A DNA stretch of 64,000 nt from an uncultured Anaerofilum sp. (GTDB lineage Bacteria > Bacillota > Clostridia > Oscillospirales > Ruminococcaceae): contig CALWZC010000004.1 in NCBI GenBank assembly GCA_944385935.1, positions 75,426 through 139,425 of the forward strand, read 5' to 3'. Of this stretch, positions 45,580 to 56,172 are shown in pieces (position 1 is the stretch's first letter; each line of letters begins with the position of its first letter). The notes beneath the pieces are model-generated. The model did not search any database and was not told the DNA's origin. It saw only the letters and a program-made list of their open reading frames with translations. The translations under genes and the position numbers were made by a program.

Positions 45580-46491
45580 ATGGCACAGGAATTTGTAAAT
45601 CGCCGTAATATTCAGTGGTTCCCCGGCCATATGATGAAAACCCTTCGATTGATTGAAAAGGATGTAAAAAATGTGGATGCGGTGTTGCAACTTTTGGATG
45701 CTCGTATCCCTTACAGCAGCTTGAACCCAGAAATTCAACGATTGGTAAAACATAAACCCCGTTTATATGTATTAAACAAAGCTGACCTTGCTGACCCAGC
45801 GGTAACAACTCGATGGACAAACTGGTTTAAACAACAGGGGGCTGGATGTGTTTCTATTAGCAGCAAAACCAAGGGTGCCGCTGCCGCTGTTCGCACACAG
45901 ATTGAAAAAGAACTGGCAGAGTTGATTGCCCGCCGTGAGGAAAAAGGTACCCAAGGTGCCGCCATTCGTGTAATGGTGTTGGGCATTCCCAATGTAGGCA
46001 AGTCCACTTTTATTAACTGTTGGGCAGGAGCTGCCAAGGCAAAGGCTGCCGACCGTCCCGGTGTTACCCGTGGTAAACAGTGGATTAGTGTACCGGGATA
46101 TGAATTGCTGGATATGCCAGGTGTCCTTTGGAAAAAATTCGACTCGTTGGAAATTGCCACCAATTTGGCTTTTATTGGCTCCATCAAGGATAACATTCTT
46201 GATATTGAGGAGTTAGCAATGGGCTTGTTGGCACAGGTGAAAGAAATGTACCCCCAACGGCTTTTGGAACGATACAAGCTAAAGGAAGAAGATTTGCAGC
46301 TAGACCCATGGGAGCTACTAGAGGCCATTGGTCGCCGTCGAGGGATGCTGATTTCTGGCGGAGAGGTAAACACCGAACGGGCAGCCATTATGGTGGTGGA
46401 CGAGTTCCGTGCCAGCAAATGGGGAAGAATTTCTTTGGAACAACCCCCTGCAAAAAGTGAGGAAGAAACCAATGAAACCAGAGCTTTATGA
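45580..46491 (+). CDS. rbgA: Ribosome biogenesis GTPase A (YlqF/RbgA)
   Basis: [11 protein letters not shown], circularly permuted GTPase (LNKADL...[12 protein letters not shown]...DMPGV). ATG at 45580 after AAAGGAGG. Confidence 0.9.
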   Translation: MAQEFVNRRNIQWFPGHMMKTLRLIEKDVKNVDAVLQLLDARIPYSSLNPEIQRLVKHKPRLYVLNKADLADPAVTTRWTNWFKQQGAGCVSISSKTKGAAAAVRTQIEKELAELIARREEKGTQGAAIRVMVLGIPNVGKSTFINCWAGAAKAKAADRPGVTRGKQWISVPGYELLDMPGVLWKKFDSLEIATNLAFIGSIKDNILDIEELAMGLLAQVKEMYPQRLLERYKLKEEDLQLDPWELLEAIGRRRGMLISGGEVNTERAAIMVVDEFRASKWGRISLEQPPAKSEEETNETRAL

Positions 46492-47077
46492 GTTTGACCG
46501 CAAACTAACAGAAACATGGGGCACAATTTGTGGTGTAGATGAAGCAGGGCGAGGGCCTTTGTGTGGCCCAGTTGCAGTGGCCGCTGTAATTTTAGACCCA
46601 CAAGCCCCTATTTTAGGTGTAGATGATTCAAAAAAGCTGTCCGAGAAAAAGAGAGAAGCCCTCTACCAACAGATTATGGAAAAAGCATTCGATGTGTCTG
46701 TGGTACTGGTACAGCCAGAGGAAATTGACAAGCTGAATATCTTACACGCCACCATGAAGGGCATGGCGCAGGCTATTTCTAATCTTAAGGAAGTGCCCGC
46801 TTTGGCGTTGATTGATGGAAACCGCTGCCCTCCCACAGATGTGAAGTGTCAAGCTGTAGTAAAGGGAGATGCCAACAGTGCAGCCATTGCCGCCGCTTCC
46901 ATTGTGGCAAAGGTAACCCGTGACCATTATATGATAGAGCTAGACAAGGAATACCCACAATATCAACTTGCAAAGCATAAAGGATACCCCACTAAATTGC
47001 ACTATGAATTGCTGGATGCTTATGGAGTGGCACCCTTTTACCGCAAGAGCTTTTTGAAAAAACGGGGCTATGTGTGA
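46472..47077 (+). CDS. rnhB: Ribonuclease HII
   Basis: [60 protein letters not shown]. Confidence 0.92.
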   Translation: MKPELYEFDRKLTETWGTICGVDEAGRGPLCGPVAVAAVILDPQAPILGVDDSKKLSEKKREALYQQIMEKAFDVSVVLVQPEEIDKLNILHATMKGMAQAISNLKEVPALALIDGNRCPPTDVKCQAVVKGDANSAAIAAASIVAKVTRDHYMIELDKEYPQYQLAKHKGYPTKLHYELLDAYGVAPFYRKSFLKKRGYV

Positions 47078-47453
47078 TATGGAAAAACGCTCTTTGTCTA
47101 ATATTGTAGGGGCCAAAGGGGAGGAAATTGCTGCAAAGTGGTATAAAAAGAAAGGCTTTCGAGTATTGCAACAAAACTACCGCACACCATTGGGAGAAAT
47201 TGACCTGATTGTGGAAAAAAGGGGCAGGTGGTTGGTATTTGTGGAGGTAAAAACCCGCACAGGAACCCCTCTGGCTCGCCCTTGTGAAGCTGTAGATGCT
47301 CGCAAACAGCGAAAACTCATTGCCGCCGCCCAACAGTATCTTTGTGACATACCTCAAACAGAAGAAAATATCCGCTTTGATGTCATGGAAATATGGCTTG
47401 ACGAAAAAGGGCATCCAACCATTTCTTGCATTGAAAACGCCTTTTGGTTGTAG
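47070..47453 (+). CDS. yraN: YraN-family endonuclease (UPF0102)
   Basis: [37 protein letters not shown]...VFVEVKTR...RFDV. Confidence 0.85.
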   Translation: MCDMEKRSLSNIVGAKGEEIAAKWYKKKGFRVLQQNYRTPLGEIDLIVEKRGRWLVFVEVKTRTGTPLARPCEAVDARKQRKLIAAAQQYLCDIPQTEENIRFDVMEIWLDEKGHPTISCIENAFWL

Positions 47454-47614
47454 TAAGTGTATTTGTATAGAATACAACTGTAACTTTAATAGAAAAACAC
47501 TGTACAAAAACATCTGATTTTTGGTTACAGTATCACTGTGAATTTTTTCTTAGGTATGGTATGATTTTAAGTAGAAATTTCGCCAATACCAAAACAGAGA
47601 GGAACGAAAAAATT

Positions 47615-49087
47615 ATGATGTTTACCAGTACACGAAACAACAACCTTTCGGTTTCGGCAGCACAAGCCATTTTGCAGGGGCTTTCCACAGAGGGCGGTCT
47701 GTTTGTGCCCCAGCAGTTTCCTCAACTTTCCGTAGAAACAGTATACCAAATGGACTACTGCCAAATGGCAGAAAAAGTATTAGGTAGTTTTCTTACAGAT
47801 TATGACCCACAGTTTTTACAGCAGGCAGTAAAACAGGTGTATGGTTCTGCTTTTGGTACAAAGGCTGGTTATGTACAGCAGGTAAATAAAAACACTTGGT
47901 CTTTGGAATTGTGGCATGGACCTACCTGTGCCTTTAAGGATTATGCCTTGCAGATGATGCCTAAATTGTTGGTACAAGCAAGAACGATGTTGAGCAGCAC
48001 AGATACCACCGTAATTTTGGTGGCAACCTCTGGTGATACAGGAAAAGCTGCTTTGGAGGGGTATCGGGATTTAGAGGGAATCCGAATAAAGGTATTTTAT
48101 CCCACCGGAGGAACCAGCGAAATTCAGCGGTTGCAAATGGCAACCCAGCAGGGCAACAATGTAGAGGTGTATGCTGTAGAAGGCAATTTTGATGCAGCAC
48201 AAACGGGGGTAAAAAAAGTATTTGCTGACCAAGCCATTGGACAGCTTTTGAAAGAAAAGGGTGTGTCCCTATCCAGTGCCAATTCTATCAACTGGGGCAG
48301 ATTGGTGCCACAGATTGTCTACTACTTTTACAGCTATTCTCAACTGGTAAAACAGGGAGTGATAGCCTTGGGCAATCCAGTGGATTTTTGTGTGCCCACT
48401 GGAAACTTTGGAGATATTTTAGCCGGCTGGTATGCCAAACAAATGGGTCTGCCTGTTGGCAAACTGATTTGTGCTTCCAATAAAAACAATGTTCTCAGCG
48501 AGTTCTTTGCAACTGGTGTCTACAATGCAAAGCGGGAATTTTTCAAAACTACATCTCCTTCTATGGACATCTTGATTTCTTCCAACTTGGAACGGCTTCT
48601 TTACCATGTGAGTGGAGGAAATGATACATTAGTGGCAGAGTTGATGGACAGCCTTTCAAAAACTGGAAGCTATACTTTGCCAAAAGATTTATTGGAAAAA
48701 ATTCAGCAGGATTTTGCAGCAGGTTGGGCAGATGACCAACAGGCCGCCGACGAAATAAAACATAGATGGGATACAGATGGGTATTTGTGTGACCCCCACA
48801 CAGCAGTTGCATTCCGAGTGGCAGAGCAAACCGCCCATACCAAGGATGCGCCTTGTGTGGTGCTTTCCACAGCCAGCCCTTACAAATTCCCTATGGCTGT
48901 TTTGCAGGCTTTGGGTTGCCCTGTGCCACAGCAGGATTTTGAGGCATTGCGCCAGTTGGAAACCTTTAGTGGTGTGCAAGCACCAACCCAACTAAAAGAA
49001 CTGGAGCAAAAGCCCCAACGATTTAGCAAAGTGATTTTGCCTTCTGACATTGTGAAGGCAGCAACAGAGGAAATTTCTGCGCTATAA
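47615..49087 (+). CDS. thrC: Threonine synthase (long form)
   Basis: MMFTSTRNNN...GLSTEGGLFVP, PTCAFKDYALQ (PLP lysine), ATSGDTGKAA. Internal ATG at 47615 chosen. Confidence 0.92.
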   Translation: MMFTSTRNNNLSVSAAQAILQGLSTEGGLFVPQQFPQLSVETVYQMDYCQMAEKVLGSFLTDYDPQFLQQAVKQVYGSAFGTKAGYVQQVNKNTWSLELWHGPTCAFKDYALQMMPKLLVQARTMLSSTDTTVILVATSGDTGKAALEGYRDLEGIRIKVFYPTGGTSEIQRLQMATQQGNNVEVYAVEGNFDAAQTGVKKVFADQAIGQLLKEKGVSLSSANSINWGRLVPQIVYYFYSYSQLVKQGVIALGNPVDFCVPTGNFGDILAGWYAKQMGLPVGKLICASNKNNVLSEFFATGVYNAKREFFKTTSPSMDILISSNLERLLYHVSGGNDTLVAELMDSLSKTGSYTLPKDLLEKIQQDFAAGWADDQQAADEIKHRWDTDGYLCDPHTAVAFRVAEQTAHTKDAPCVVLSTASPYKFPMAVLQALGCPVPQQDFEALRQLETFSGVQAPTQLKELEQKPQRFSKVILPSDIVKAATEEISAL

Positions 49088-49110
49088 AGATGAATTTTTA
49101 CAGATAACAA

Positions 49111-49148
49111 AAAGCCGGAACCGCCCTTTTGAGGCTGTTCCGGCTTTG
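49111..49148. terminator. Bidirectional terminator between convergent thrC and the DUF1540 gene
   Basis: AAAGCCGGAAC / GTTCCGGCTTT stem flanked by an A-run and a T-run. Confidence 0.75.
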
Positions 49149-49173
49149 GTGAGCGCAAAGGAATAGATGGGGA

Positions 49174-49323
49174 TTATTCTGCACAGAAGGTGCTGCACAT
49201 GGTGGTTTTGGGGGAACCACAACAGTTTACTTCAATTTGTGCGGCATTGCAGCCATTGCCGCCATCGTGGTAAATGCACCGTTCTACAGTGCAGTGTACT
49301 CCATTGGTGGGACGCTTGTTCAT
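49174..49323 (-). CDS. DUF1540-domain small Cys-rich protein
   Basis: Internal ATG at 49323 after GGAGG. MNKRPTNGVHCTVERCIYHDGGNGCNAAQIEVNCCG matches the DUF1540 pattern (C..C.yh....C.A..I.V). Confidence 0.7.
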   Translation of the reverse strand: MNKRPTNGVHCTVERCIYHDGGNGCNAAQIEVNCCGSPKTTMCSTFCAE

Positions 49324-49434
49324 TGTAAAAACTCCTTCCATCATTGGGTTTGTATCCGCTGCGGCAGGTCTTTGTAAGAACTTGCCGTACACAAAGAGTA
49401 TCCCCATAAAAGTAACTTTTAAACGGAGGGATTT

Positions 49435-50136
49435 ATGGCAATTTTTGTAATTGCAGATTTACATCTTTCTTTGGGGTGTGAAAAGCCTATGGATATTTTT
49501 GCTGGCTGGGAAAATTATCAGCAGCGACTAGAAACAAACTGGAGAAATCTGGTTCAACCACAGGATACTGTAGTAATTGCTGGGGACATTTCATGGTCTA
49601 TGCGACTGGAGGAGTGCAAAGCAGATTTTGCTTTTTTGCACAGTTTGCCAGGTAAAAAAATATTACTCAAAGGAAACCATGACTACTGGTGGAGCACCAA
49701 AGCAAAAATGGATAAATTTTTGCAGCAAGAGGGCTTTGACACTTTGCAAATTTTGCACAACAACAGCTTTTTTGTGGAAGGTATGTGGATTTGTGGAAGC
49801 CGAAGCTGGATGTTTGACCTGCAAGAAGAAGCAGATGAAAAAGTAATGGCACGAGAGCTGGGTAGGCTTGCCGCCAGTCTTTCCAGTGCAGGAGAGGGAG
49901 AAAAGCTGGTGTTTTTGCATTATCCTCCTGTTTACCCCGGTGCAAGTTCTCAAGGTGTAGTAGAACTGTTGCATCAATTTGAAGTGAAAAAGTGCTTTTA
50001 TGGGCACTTGCATGGAGCAGCTACCCGTTTTGCTGTGCAAGGGGAGAGAGACGGCATTCAATACAAGCTGGTTTCTGCGGATGCTTTGGAGTTTTGTCCA
50101 TATAAAATTTATTCAGGAACAGTACTGGAAATTTGA
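49435..50136 (+). CDS. Metallophosphoesterase-family protein
   Basis: IADLHL, AGDISW, LKGNHDYWW, HYPP, YGHLHG are calcineurin-like phosphoesterase motifs. Confidence 0.78.
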   Translation: MAIFVIADLHLSLGCEKPMDIFAGWENYQQRLETNWRNLVQPQDTVVIAGDISWSMRLEECKADFAFLHSLPGKKILLKGNHDYWWSTKAKMDKFLQQEGFDTLQILHNNSFFVEGMWICGSRSWMFDLQEEADEKVMARELGRLAASLSSAGEGEKLVFLHYPPVYPGASSQGVVELLHQFEVKKCFYGHLHGAATRFAVQGERDGIQYKLVSADALEFCPYKIYSGTVLEI

Positions 50137-50362
50137 AAAAGAATGTGATATAATACTCGGCAGGTGTTTATTATACTGGTGTTTGCAAAACAGATACGGC
50201 AACCTTGCATTGATAGCAAAGGGCTGTTTTGGCAAAGGATACAACCGGGCTTGTTGTCCGGCAAGAGTTCTGCATATTTTGCAGAAGATTTACCACAAAC
50301 CTATTGTTTTTTTGGGGTTTATGGTATAATAAACCAAAATTCGTTTATCTGGAGGAAATACA

Positions 50363-51715
50363 ATGAGTCTGGTAAAATGTGAAAAACTGGAAAACAGCAT
50401 GGTAGAGTTGGAGTTCTCTGCAACTGCAGAGGAGTTTAAGGCTGCTGTTGATAAGGTTGCAAAGCGTGAGGCAAAGAAATACACTCTGCCCGGTTTCCGT
50501 AAAGGTAAGGCACCCCGCCACCTGATTGAGAAAATGTATGGTGCAGATATTTTCCATTATGATGCAATCAACGACCTGTTCCCTGCTGCATACGCTGCTG
50601 CTGTGGAAGAGGCTAATGTAGAGCCTGTAAGCCGCCCCGAAGCAGATGTTGTTTCTTCTTCTTTGCAAGATGGCGTTGTTTTGAAGGCTAAGGTATATGT
50701 AAAGCCTGAAATCACTGTTGGTGAATATAAGGGTTTGAAAGCTACTAAATCTGTCAATCCTGTAGAGGAGAGCCGTGTAGACGAGGAAATCAGCCGTATG
50801 CAGCAGCGCAATGGCCGTGTAGTTACTCGTGAGGGCAAAGCTGAAAAGGGCGACGTTGCAAAGTTTGACTTTGAGGGCTTTGTAGATGGTGTTGCTTTTG
50901 AAGGCGGCAAGGCTGAAAACTACACCTTGGAGCTGGGCAGCGGTCAGTTTATCCCTGGCTTTGAAGACCAGATGATTGGCCACGAGGCTGGCGATGAATT
51001 TGATGTAAATGTAACCTTCCCCGAGGAGTACCATGCAAAAGAGTTGGCAGGTAAGCCCGCTGTATTCAAAATTAAGCTCCATGAGGTTACCACCAAAGAG
51101 CTGCCCGCTTTGGATGACGAGTTTGCAAAAGACGTTAGTGAGTACGACACTCTGGACGAGCTGAAAGCAAGCATTCGCAAGGGTATGGAGGAGCAAGCTG
51201 AGAAACAGGCTGAGCTGGAAGTAGAAAATGCTTTGGTTGACCAAGTAATTGAAACCATGCAGGGCGACATTCCTCAGGTAATGTTTGACAATCGTTTGGA
51301 CGAGATGGTAAACGATTATCGTTTCCGTTTGGAGCAGCAGGGCTTGAAGTTGGAGATGTATCTGCAATATTTGGGCCAGACTGTAGAGGAGTTCCGTGAG
51401 GGCTTTAAGGAGCAGGCTGAAAAGCAGGTAAAGATTCGTCTGGCTTTGGAGGCTATCGCTGCACAAGAGAAGATTGAGGCAACCGAAGAGGAGTTCGAGG
51501 CTGAAATCAACCGCATTGCAGAGATGTACAAGATGGAAGCAGACAAGGTAAAATCTTTGGTAAATGAAACCGAAGTAAAGAAAGACTTGGCTGTAAATAA
51601 GGTAATTGATTTCATCAAAGAAAACGCCAAAATTACCCAAAAAGCTGCCCGCAAAACCGCAGGCCGCAAAAAAGCAGCAAAAACCGAGGAAGCAGCAGAG
51701 GAAACCGCTGAATAA
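50363..51715 (+). CDS. tig: Trigger factor
   Basis: N-terminal ribosome-binding GFRKGKAP, FKBP domain (FDFEGFVDGVAFEGG...FIPGFEDQ), long C-terminal domain and a basic tail. Confidence 0.95.
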   Translation: MSLVKCEKLENSMVELEFSATAEEFKAAVDKVAKREAKKYTLPGFRKGKAPRHLIEKMYGADIFHYDAINDLFPAAYAAAVEEANVEPVSRPEADVVSSSLQDGVVLKAKVYVKPEITVGEYKGLKATKSVNPVEESRVDEEISRMQQRNGRVVTREGKAEKGDVAKFDFEGFVDGVAFEGGKAENYTLELGSGQFIPGFEDQMIGHEAGDEFDVNVTFPEEYHAKELAGKPAVFKIKLHEVTTKELPALDDEFAKDVSEYDTLDELKASIRKGMEEQAEKQAELEVENALVDQVIETMQGDIPQVMFDNRLDEMVNDYRFRLEQQGLKLEMYLQYLGQTVEEFREGFKEQAEKQVKIRLALEAIAAQEKIEATEEEFEAEINRIAEMYKMEADKVKSLVNETEVKKDLAVNKVIDFIKENAKITQKAARKTAGRKKAAKTEEAAEETAE

Positions 51716-51836
51716 GCCACTGCTGTTTACATAAGCCGGCTTTTGGATAAGGATGACCGATACGGCGTGTGTTCGTATCGGTCATTTATACATCGGCAGG
51801 TTTAGACATTTTTTTACAAAAGGAGTGACAACTACA

Positions 51837-52421
51837 ATGAGTTTGGTACCTTACGTTGTGGAGCAAACTGCTCGTGGAGAGCGTTCCTATGATATTTTCT
51901 CTCGTCTGTTGAACGACCGCATTATTATGCTGTCGGATGAGGTAAATGATGCCACTGCTAGTTTGGTGGTAGCACAGCTTTTGTACTTGGAAGGACAAGA
52001 CCCCGAAAAGGACATCAGCCTATATATCAACAGCCCCGGCGGTTCCATCAGTGCAGGTTTGGCAATTCATGACACAATGAAATATATTAAGTGTGATGTT
52101 TCTACCATCTGCATGGGTATGGCTGCCTCTATGGGTGCATTTTTGCTGGCAAGTGGAACCAAAGGCAAAAGAATGGCTTTGCCCAATAGCGAGATTATGA
52201 TTCATCAGCCTTTGATGGGAGGCTTGAAGGGACAAGCAACCGATATCAAAATTCATGCTGACCATATTGTACGCACCAAAGAGCGTTTAAATAAGATGTT
52301 GGCAGAGTATACCGGACAGTCTATTGAACAGATTTGTCTGGATACCGAGCGTGACAATTTCCTCACCGCACAACAGGCTTTGGAATATGGTCTGATTGAC
52401 ACAGTAATTGAGAAGCGATAA
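51837..52421 (+). CDS. clpP: ATP-dependent Clp protease proteolytic subunit
   Basis: [27 protein letters not shown] (Ser), IMIHQP (His). Internal ATG at 51837 chosen. Confidence 0.97.
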   Translation: MSLVPYVVEQTARGERSYDIFSRLLNDRIIMLSDEVNDATASLVVAQLLYLEGQDPEKDISLYINSPGGSISAGLAIHDTMKYIKCDVSTICMGMAASMGAFLLASGTKGKRMALPNSEIMIHQPLMGGLKGQATDIKIHADHIVRTKERLNKMLAEYTGQSIEQICLDTERDNFLTAQQALEYGLIDTVIEKR

Positions 52422-52434
52422 AAGGTGGAAGCAA

Positions 52435-53742
52435 ATGGCAAATACAACACAAAAAGGTGGCAAAGATAAGCCACTGATTTGCAGTTTTTGCGGAAAGAGC
52501 CAAGATGATGTAGAACGCATGATTATAGGCCCTGGTGTGAATATCTGCAACGAATGTATTGAACTTTGCTCCTCTTTGCTGGATGAGGAGACACCTGCTG
52601 CCCCCAAACAGCGCAGAGGACAAAAGCAGCCTTCTCCATCGGAGGAGGGAATCAATATCCTTACTCCTAAAGAGATTAAGGAAGGATTAGACCAATATGT
52701 CATTGGGCAGGATGAAGCAAAAACTGTTCTGGCAGTATCGGTTTACAACCATTACAAGCGTATTTTTAATGGCCAAGATAATAATGTTGACCTGCAAAAG
52801 AGCAATGTGCTGTTGCTGGGTCCCTCTGGTGTAGGAAAAACCCTGTTGGCACAAACTTTGGCAAAGATGTTAAACGTTCCCTTTGCCATTGCAGATGCAA
52901 CTACTCTCACAGAAGCTGGCTATGTAGGCGAAGATGTGGAAAACATTTTGCTGAAGTTGATTCAAGCTGCTGATTTTGACATCGCCCGTGCAGAAACTGG
53001 TATTATCTATGTGGATGAGATTGATAAGATTACCCGTAAAAGTGAGAATCCCTCTATTACTCGTGATGTAGGTGGCGAGGGTGTACAGCAGGCACTGCTG
53101 AAAATCATTGAGGGTACCGTCAGCAATGTACCTCCACAGGGTGGACGTAAACATCCGCAACAGGAGTTTATTCAGATTAACACCAAAAATATTTTGTTTA
53201 TTTGTGGTGGTGCCTTTGATGGTTTGGAAAAACATATCCAAAGGCGTACCGATACCTCTGCTTTGGGCTTTGGCAGTAAGTTGAAAGAAGACCACGAAAA
53301 AATCAAGGAAAACCTTTTGAAAAAGGTAGAACCAGATGATTTGGTCAAATTTGGACTAATTCCAGAGTTGATTGGTCGGTTGCCCATTGTAACTGTACTC
53401 AATCAACTGGATGAAGAGGCACTGATTCGGGTATTGAAAGAGCCTAAAAACAGCCTGTTGCGCCAATACCAAGCATTGTTCCAGATGGATAATGTGGAAA
53501 TTGAATTTACAGATGAGGCATTGCATGAGATTGCATCCAAAGCACTGAGCCAAAAGAGTGGTGCTCGTGGATTGCGTAGAATTATGGAACATATTCTCAT
53601 CCCCATTATGTATGAGATTCCCAGTGATAATACCATCATAAAAGTGACCATTGACAAGGATACAGTGGATGGTGGTCAGCCTATTTTGGAACATGGAGCA
53701 AAGCAGCAAAGGTATACAGGGGAAACTTTTCCCATTGGATAA
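52435..53742 (+). CDS. clpX: ATP-dependent Clp protease ATP-binding subunit ClpX
   Basis: Zn finger CSFCGKSQ...ICNECI, Walker [25 protein letters not shown]. Confidence 0.97.
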   Translation: MANTTQKGGKDKPLICSFCGKSQDDVERMIIGPGVNICNECIELCSSLLDEETPAAPKQRRGQKQPSPSEEGINILTPKEIKEGLDQYVIGQDEAKTVLAVSVYNHYKRIFNGQDNNVDLQKSNVLLLGPSGVGKTLLAQTLAKMLNVPFAIADATTLTEAGYVGEDVENILLKLIQAADFDIARAETGIIYVDEIDKITRKSENPSITRDVGGEGVQQALLKIIEGTVSNVPPQGGRKHPQQEFIQINTKNILFICGGAFDGLEKHIQRRTDTSALGFGSKLKEDHEKIKENLLKKVEPDDLVKFGLIPELIGRLPIVTVLNQLDEEALIRVLKEPKNSLLRQYQALFQMDNVEIEFTDEALHEIASKALSQKSGARGLRRIMEHILIPIMYEIPSDNTIIKVTIDKDTVDGGQPILEHGAKQQRYTGETFPIG

Positions 53743-53753
53743 TAGCTAAAAAT

Positions 53754-53799
53754 ACGGCGGAAGTAGCTTTTTATAGTTTACTTCTGCCGTAAATTTTTT
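53754..53799 (+). terminator. Probable terminator after clpX
   Basis: ACGGCGGAAGTA / TACTTCTGCCGT stem with one G-U pair. T6 follows after a 3-nt spacer. Confidence 0.6.
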
Positions 53800-54120
53800 G
53801 TAAAATATAACGTGAATGAGAACAAAAACTTTACAAATAAAATATTTGTAAAGAATTTGATAATTATGTAACAATTTGTAGAAATCGGTATTGAAGTAGG
53901 TAACTATTTATGTTAAAATTATGTTAATAAAATGAAGGTGGAAAAATTTGCATTTTAAATTTGTTACCGGACTATGTTGATTAAAGGAGGCAATGTAGAG
54001 ATAAGTATGAAGGGCAGATTTTGTCTATGACTTCATAGAGTTGTGTCTGTAGGAATGAAAGAACTCTCTTACAGAATAAAATGTTGGTGTAAGACCTGTA
54101 TGGAAAGAGGGATATTACAA

Positions 54121-55914
54121 ATGAAAAACTTAAAATTGTTCCACAAGTTTTTGCTTTCTTTTGGAATTATTTTGTTGTTAATTGTAACAATTGGCGTTGC
54201 ATATTTGCTTTCTGCTAACCGATTGAGCGGTGTAACAGATGTATATGCTACTCAATCCATTCCAGCAGTAAAAGAGATGTGGGCTTTGCGCAGGAATGTT
54301 CTTTCCACCCAAAGATACGCTCTGGAAACAATTGTTGCCGATAATATGGATGACTTTTCTACCACCCAGAATGATTTGGAAACAGAACGACAAAAAATAA
54401 ATGAGGGAATTGATAAATTATTGGTATTAACACCTCCCTACAAGGAGGAGCTGGAAGAAATCAAGACCCTATTAGGCGATGCTGGACAATATCGAGAGCA
54501 GATTGTTGCAGAAGCACAAAAACTTACAGACGAAGGAAAAGCCAAGGCATACGACATTTATCAAAACAGCTATGAACCCGCTTTTGTCAAAGCAGCAGAT
54601 GCAATAGTTGCTTTACAAGCACAGCTGGATACTGCCATTGAAAATCAATATACAAGGTCTGTAAATACACAAAATACTGCTATTGTAATTGTAATTGTTT
54701 TGGTATCAGCTACACTGGCGGTTTCTGCGTTTATCACAGTTTCTCTGACTAAATCTATTATTCATCCTGTCAAAGAAATTAAAGATGCTATGAATGCCTT
54801 CTCTAAAGGTGAGTTTTCTAAGGCAAAAATTACATACGAATCCAAGGATGAGATGGGCGATGTGTGCAATTCTGCACGAGAATTGGTACAGCATATTGAA
54901 CGTATGGTAGACGATTTGTCCGATGGCTTGCAGGGAATTTCTAAAGGTAACTTCACCGTACAAAGCTCCGATGATAATATGTATGTAGGCAATTTTGCTC
55001 CTTTGGCAGTTTCTACTTATAAAATTTTGGATAGCTTGAGTGAAACCATTCGTAAAATTGGTATGGCTGCCGACCAGGTGGCTAGTGGTGCTGACCAAGT
55101 TTCTGGCGGTGCACAAGCACTAAGTCAAGGTGCAACAGAACAGGCTAGCAGTGTACAAGAGCTATCTGCAACTCTGTCTGAGATTTCCAACCAAGTCAAC
55201 CAGAATGCAGAAAATGCACTGAAAGCCCGGAAAGAAGCAGAAAAAGTCAACGAAGAAGTGCAGACAAGCAATGAACAAATGCGCGACATGATTGCTGCCA
55301 TGGGCGATATTAGCGGAAAATCCAACGAGATTGGAAAGATTATCAAAGCTATTGAGGATATTGCCTTCCAAACCAATATTTTGGCATTGAATGCAGCTGT
55401 AGAGGCGGCTCGTGCTGGTGTAGCGGGCAAAGGCTTTGCTGTGGTTGCAGATGAAGTACGTAACCTTGCACAAAAATCCAGTGAGGCTGCAAGTAACACT
55501 ACTTTGCTGATTGAAGAAACTGTGCAGGCTGTAAATCGTGGTGTATCCATTGCAAACAATACTGCTGAATCTATGCAAAATGTAGTAAAAGATGTTGCTC
55601 AAGCGGTAGCATTGATTGATGAGATTGCACAGGCTTCGGAAGACCAAGCAGTGGCAGTTACACAGGTAACTACTGGTATTGAACAAATTTCTAGTGTTGT
55701 ACAGACAAACAGCGCAACGGCAGAGCAGAGCGCAGCTGCTAGTGAGGAATTGTCTGGTCAAGCAGCACTTATGAAAGAGCTGGTAAGTGTATTTAAGTTG
55801 GTAGATAACGGATATGAAACATCTCTGGTAGATTCCAACAGTATGGGTGCATATCCTTCCTCGGCACAAAGTGTGTCCAACGAGTTTGATACCATGGGTA
55901 GTGGAAAATATTAA
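54121..55914 (+). CDS. Methyl-accepting chemotaxis protein
   Basis: Internal ATG at 54121. N-terminal TM, four-helix-bundle sensor, second TM, HAMP, and the conserved signalling hairpin ([39 protein letters not shown]). Confidence 0.9.
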   Translation: MKNLKLFHKFLLSFGIILLLIVTIGVAYLLSANRLSGVTDVYATQSIPAVKEMWALRRNVLSTQRYALETIVADNMDDFSTTQNDLETERQKINEGIDKLLVLTPPYKEELEEIKTLLGDAGQYREQIVAEAQKLTDEGKAKAYDIYQNSYEPAFVKAADAIVALQAQLDTAIENQYTRSVNTQNTAIVIVIVLVSATLAVSAFITVSLTKSIIHPVKEIKDAMNAFSKGEFSKAKITYESKDEMGDVCNSARELVQHIERMVDDLSDGLQGISKGNFTVQSSDDNMYVGNFAPLAVSTYKILDSLSETIRKIGMAADQVASGADQVSGGAQALSQGATEQASSVQELSATLSEISNQVNQNAENALKARKEAEKVNEEVQTSNEQMRDMIAAMGDISGKSNEIGKIIKAIEDIAFQTNILALNAAVEAARAGVAGKGFAVVADEVRNLAQKSSEAASNTTLLIEETVQAVNRGVSIANNTAESMQNVVKDVAQAVALIDEIAQASEDQAVAVTQVTTGIEQISSVVQTNSATAEQSAAASEELSGQAALMKELVSVFKLVDNGYETSLVDSNSMGAYPSSAQSVSNEFDTMGSGKY

Positions 55915-55935
55915 AAATATTTGCTTTGTCACAAT

Positions 55936-55969
55936 AGGAGAGGTAGTTTATAAGCTACTTCTCCTTTTT
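55936..55969 (+). terminator. Rho-independent terminator after the MCP gene
   Basis: AGGAGAGGTAG / CTACTTCTCCT stem with one G-U pair, followed by TTTTT. Confidence 0.7.
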
Positions 55970-56172
55970 GAGTCTAGTTCATGGATTTGAATGAAGTCAA
56001 AAGGATATATTTGCAGAAAATACAGCAATGGGATAAGGTTGGGTTGTTGCAATCCATTGAAAAATCAGGTAAAATGATAACTGTATCATTTTGGGCAAAG
56101 ATTATGTGAATTGTTAGCACAACTTTGCTCTACCATATTTCCAAACAATTTGTTTGGACAGGAGGAACCTGA

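Noticed and set aside
45735-46601. 288-aa minus-strand ORF
   Set aside because: It is antisense to rbgA/rnhB, both of which have clear motifs. The product is Ser/Pro/Ala-rich with no recognisable domain.
50345-51640. 431-aa ORF on the minus strand, the longest unexplained ORF in the track
   Set aside because: It lies entirely antisense to the trigger factor gene, whose identity is unambiguous. Its translation is low-complexity and rich in Leu, Phe, Gln and Ser, with no motifs and no RBS. This is the typical shadow ORF opposite a GAA/GAG/AAG-rich gene.
55162-55932. 256-aa minus-strand ORF, plus the 144-aa ORF at 55125-55559
   Set aside because: Both are antisense to the highly conserved MCP signalling domain. 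They are a shadow of the Ala/Glu/Gln-rich heptad-repeat coding sequence.
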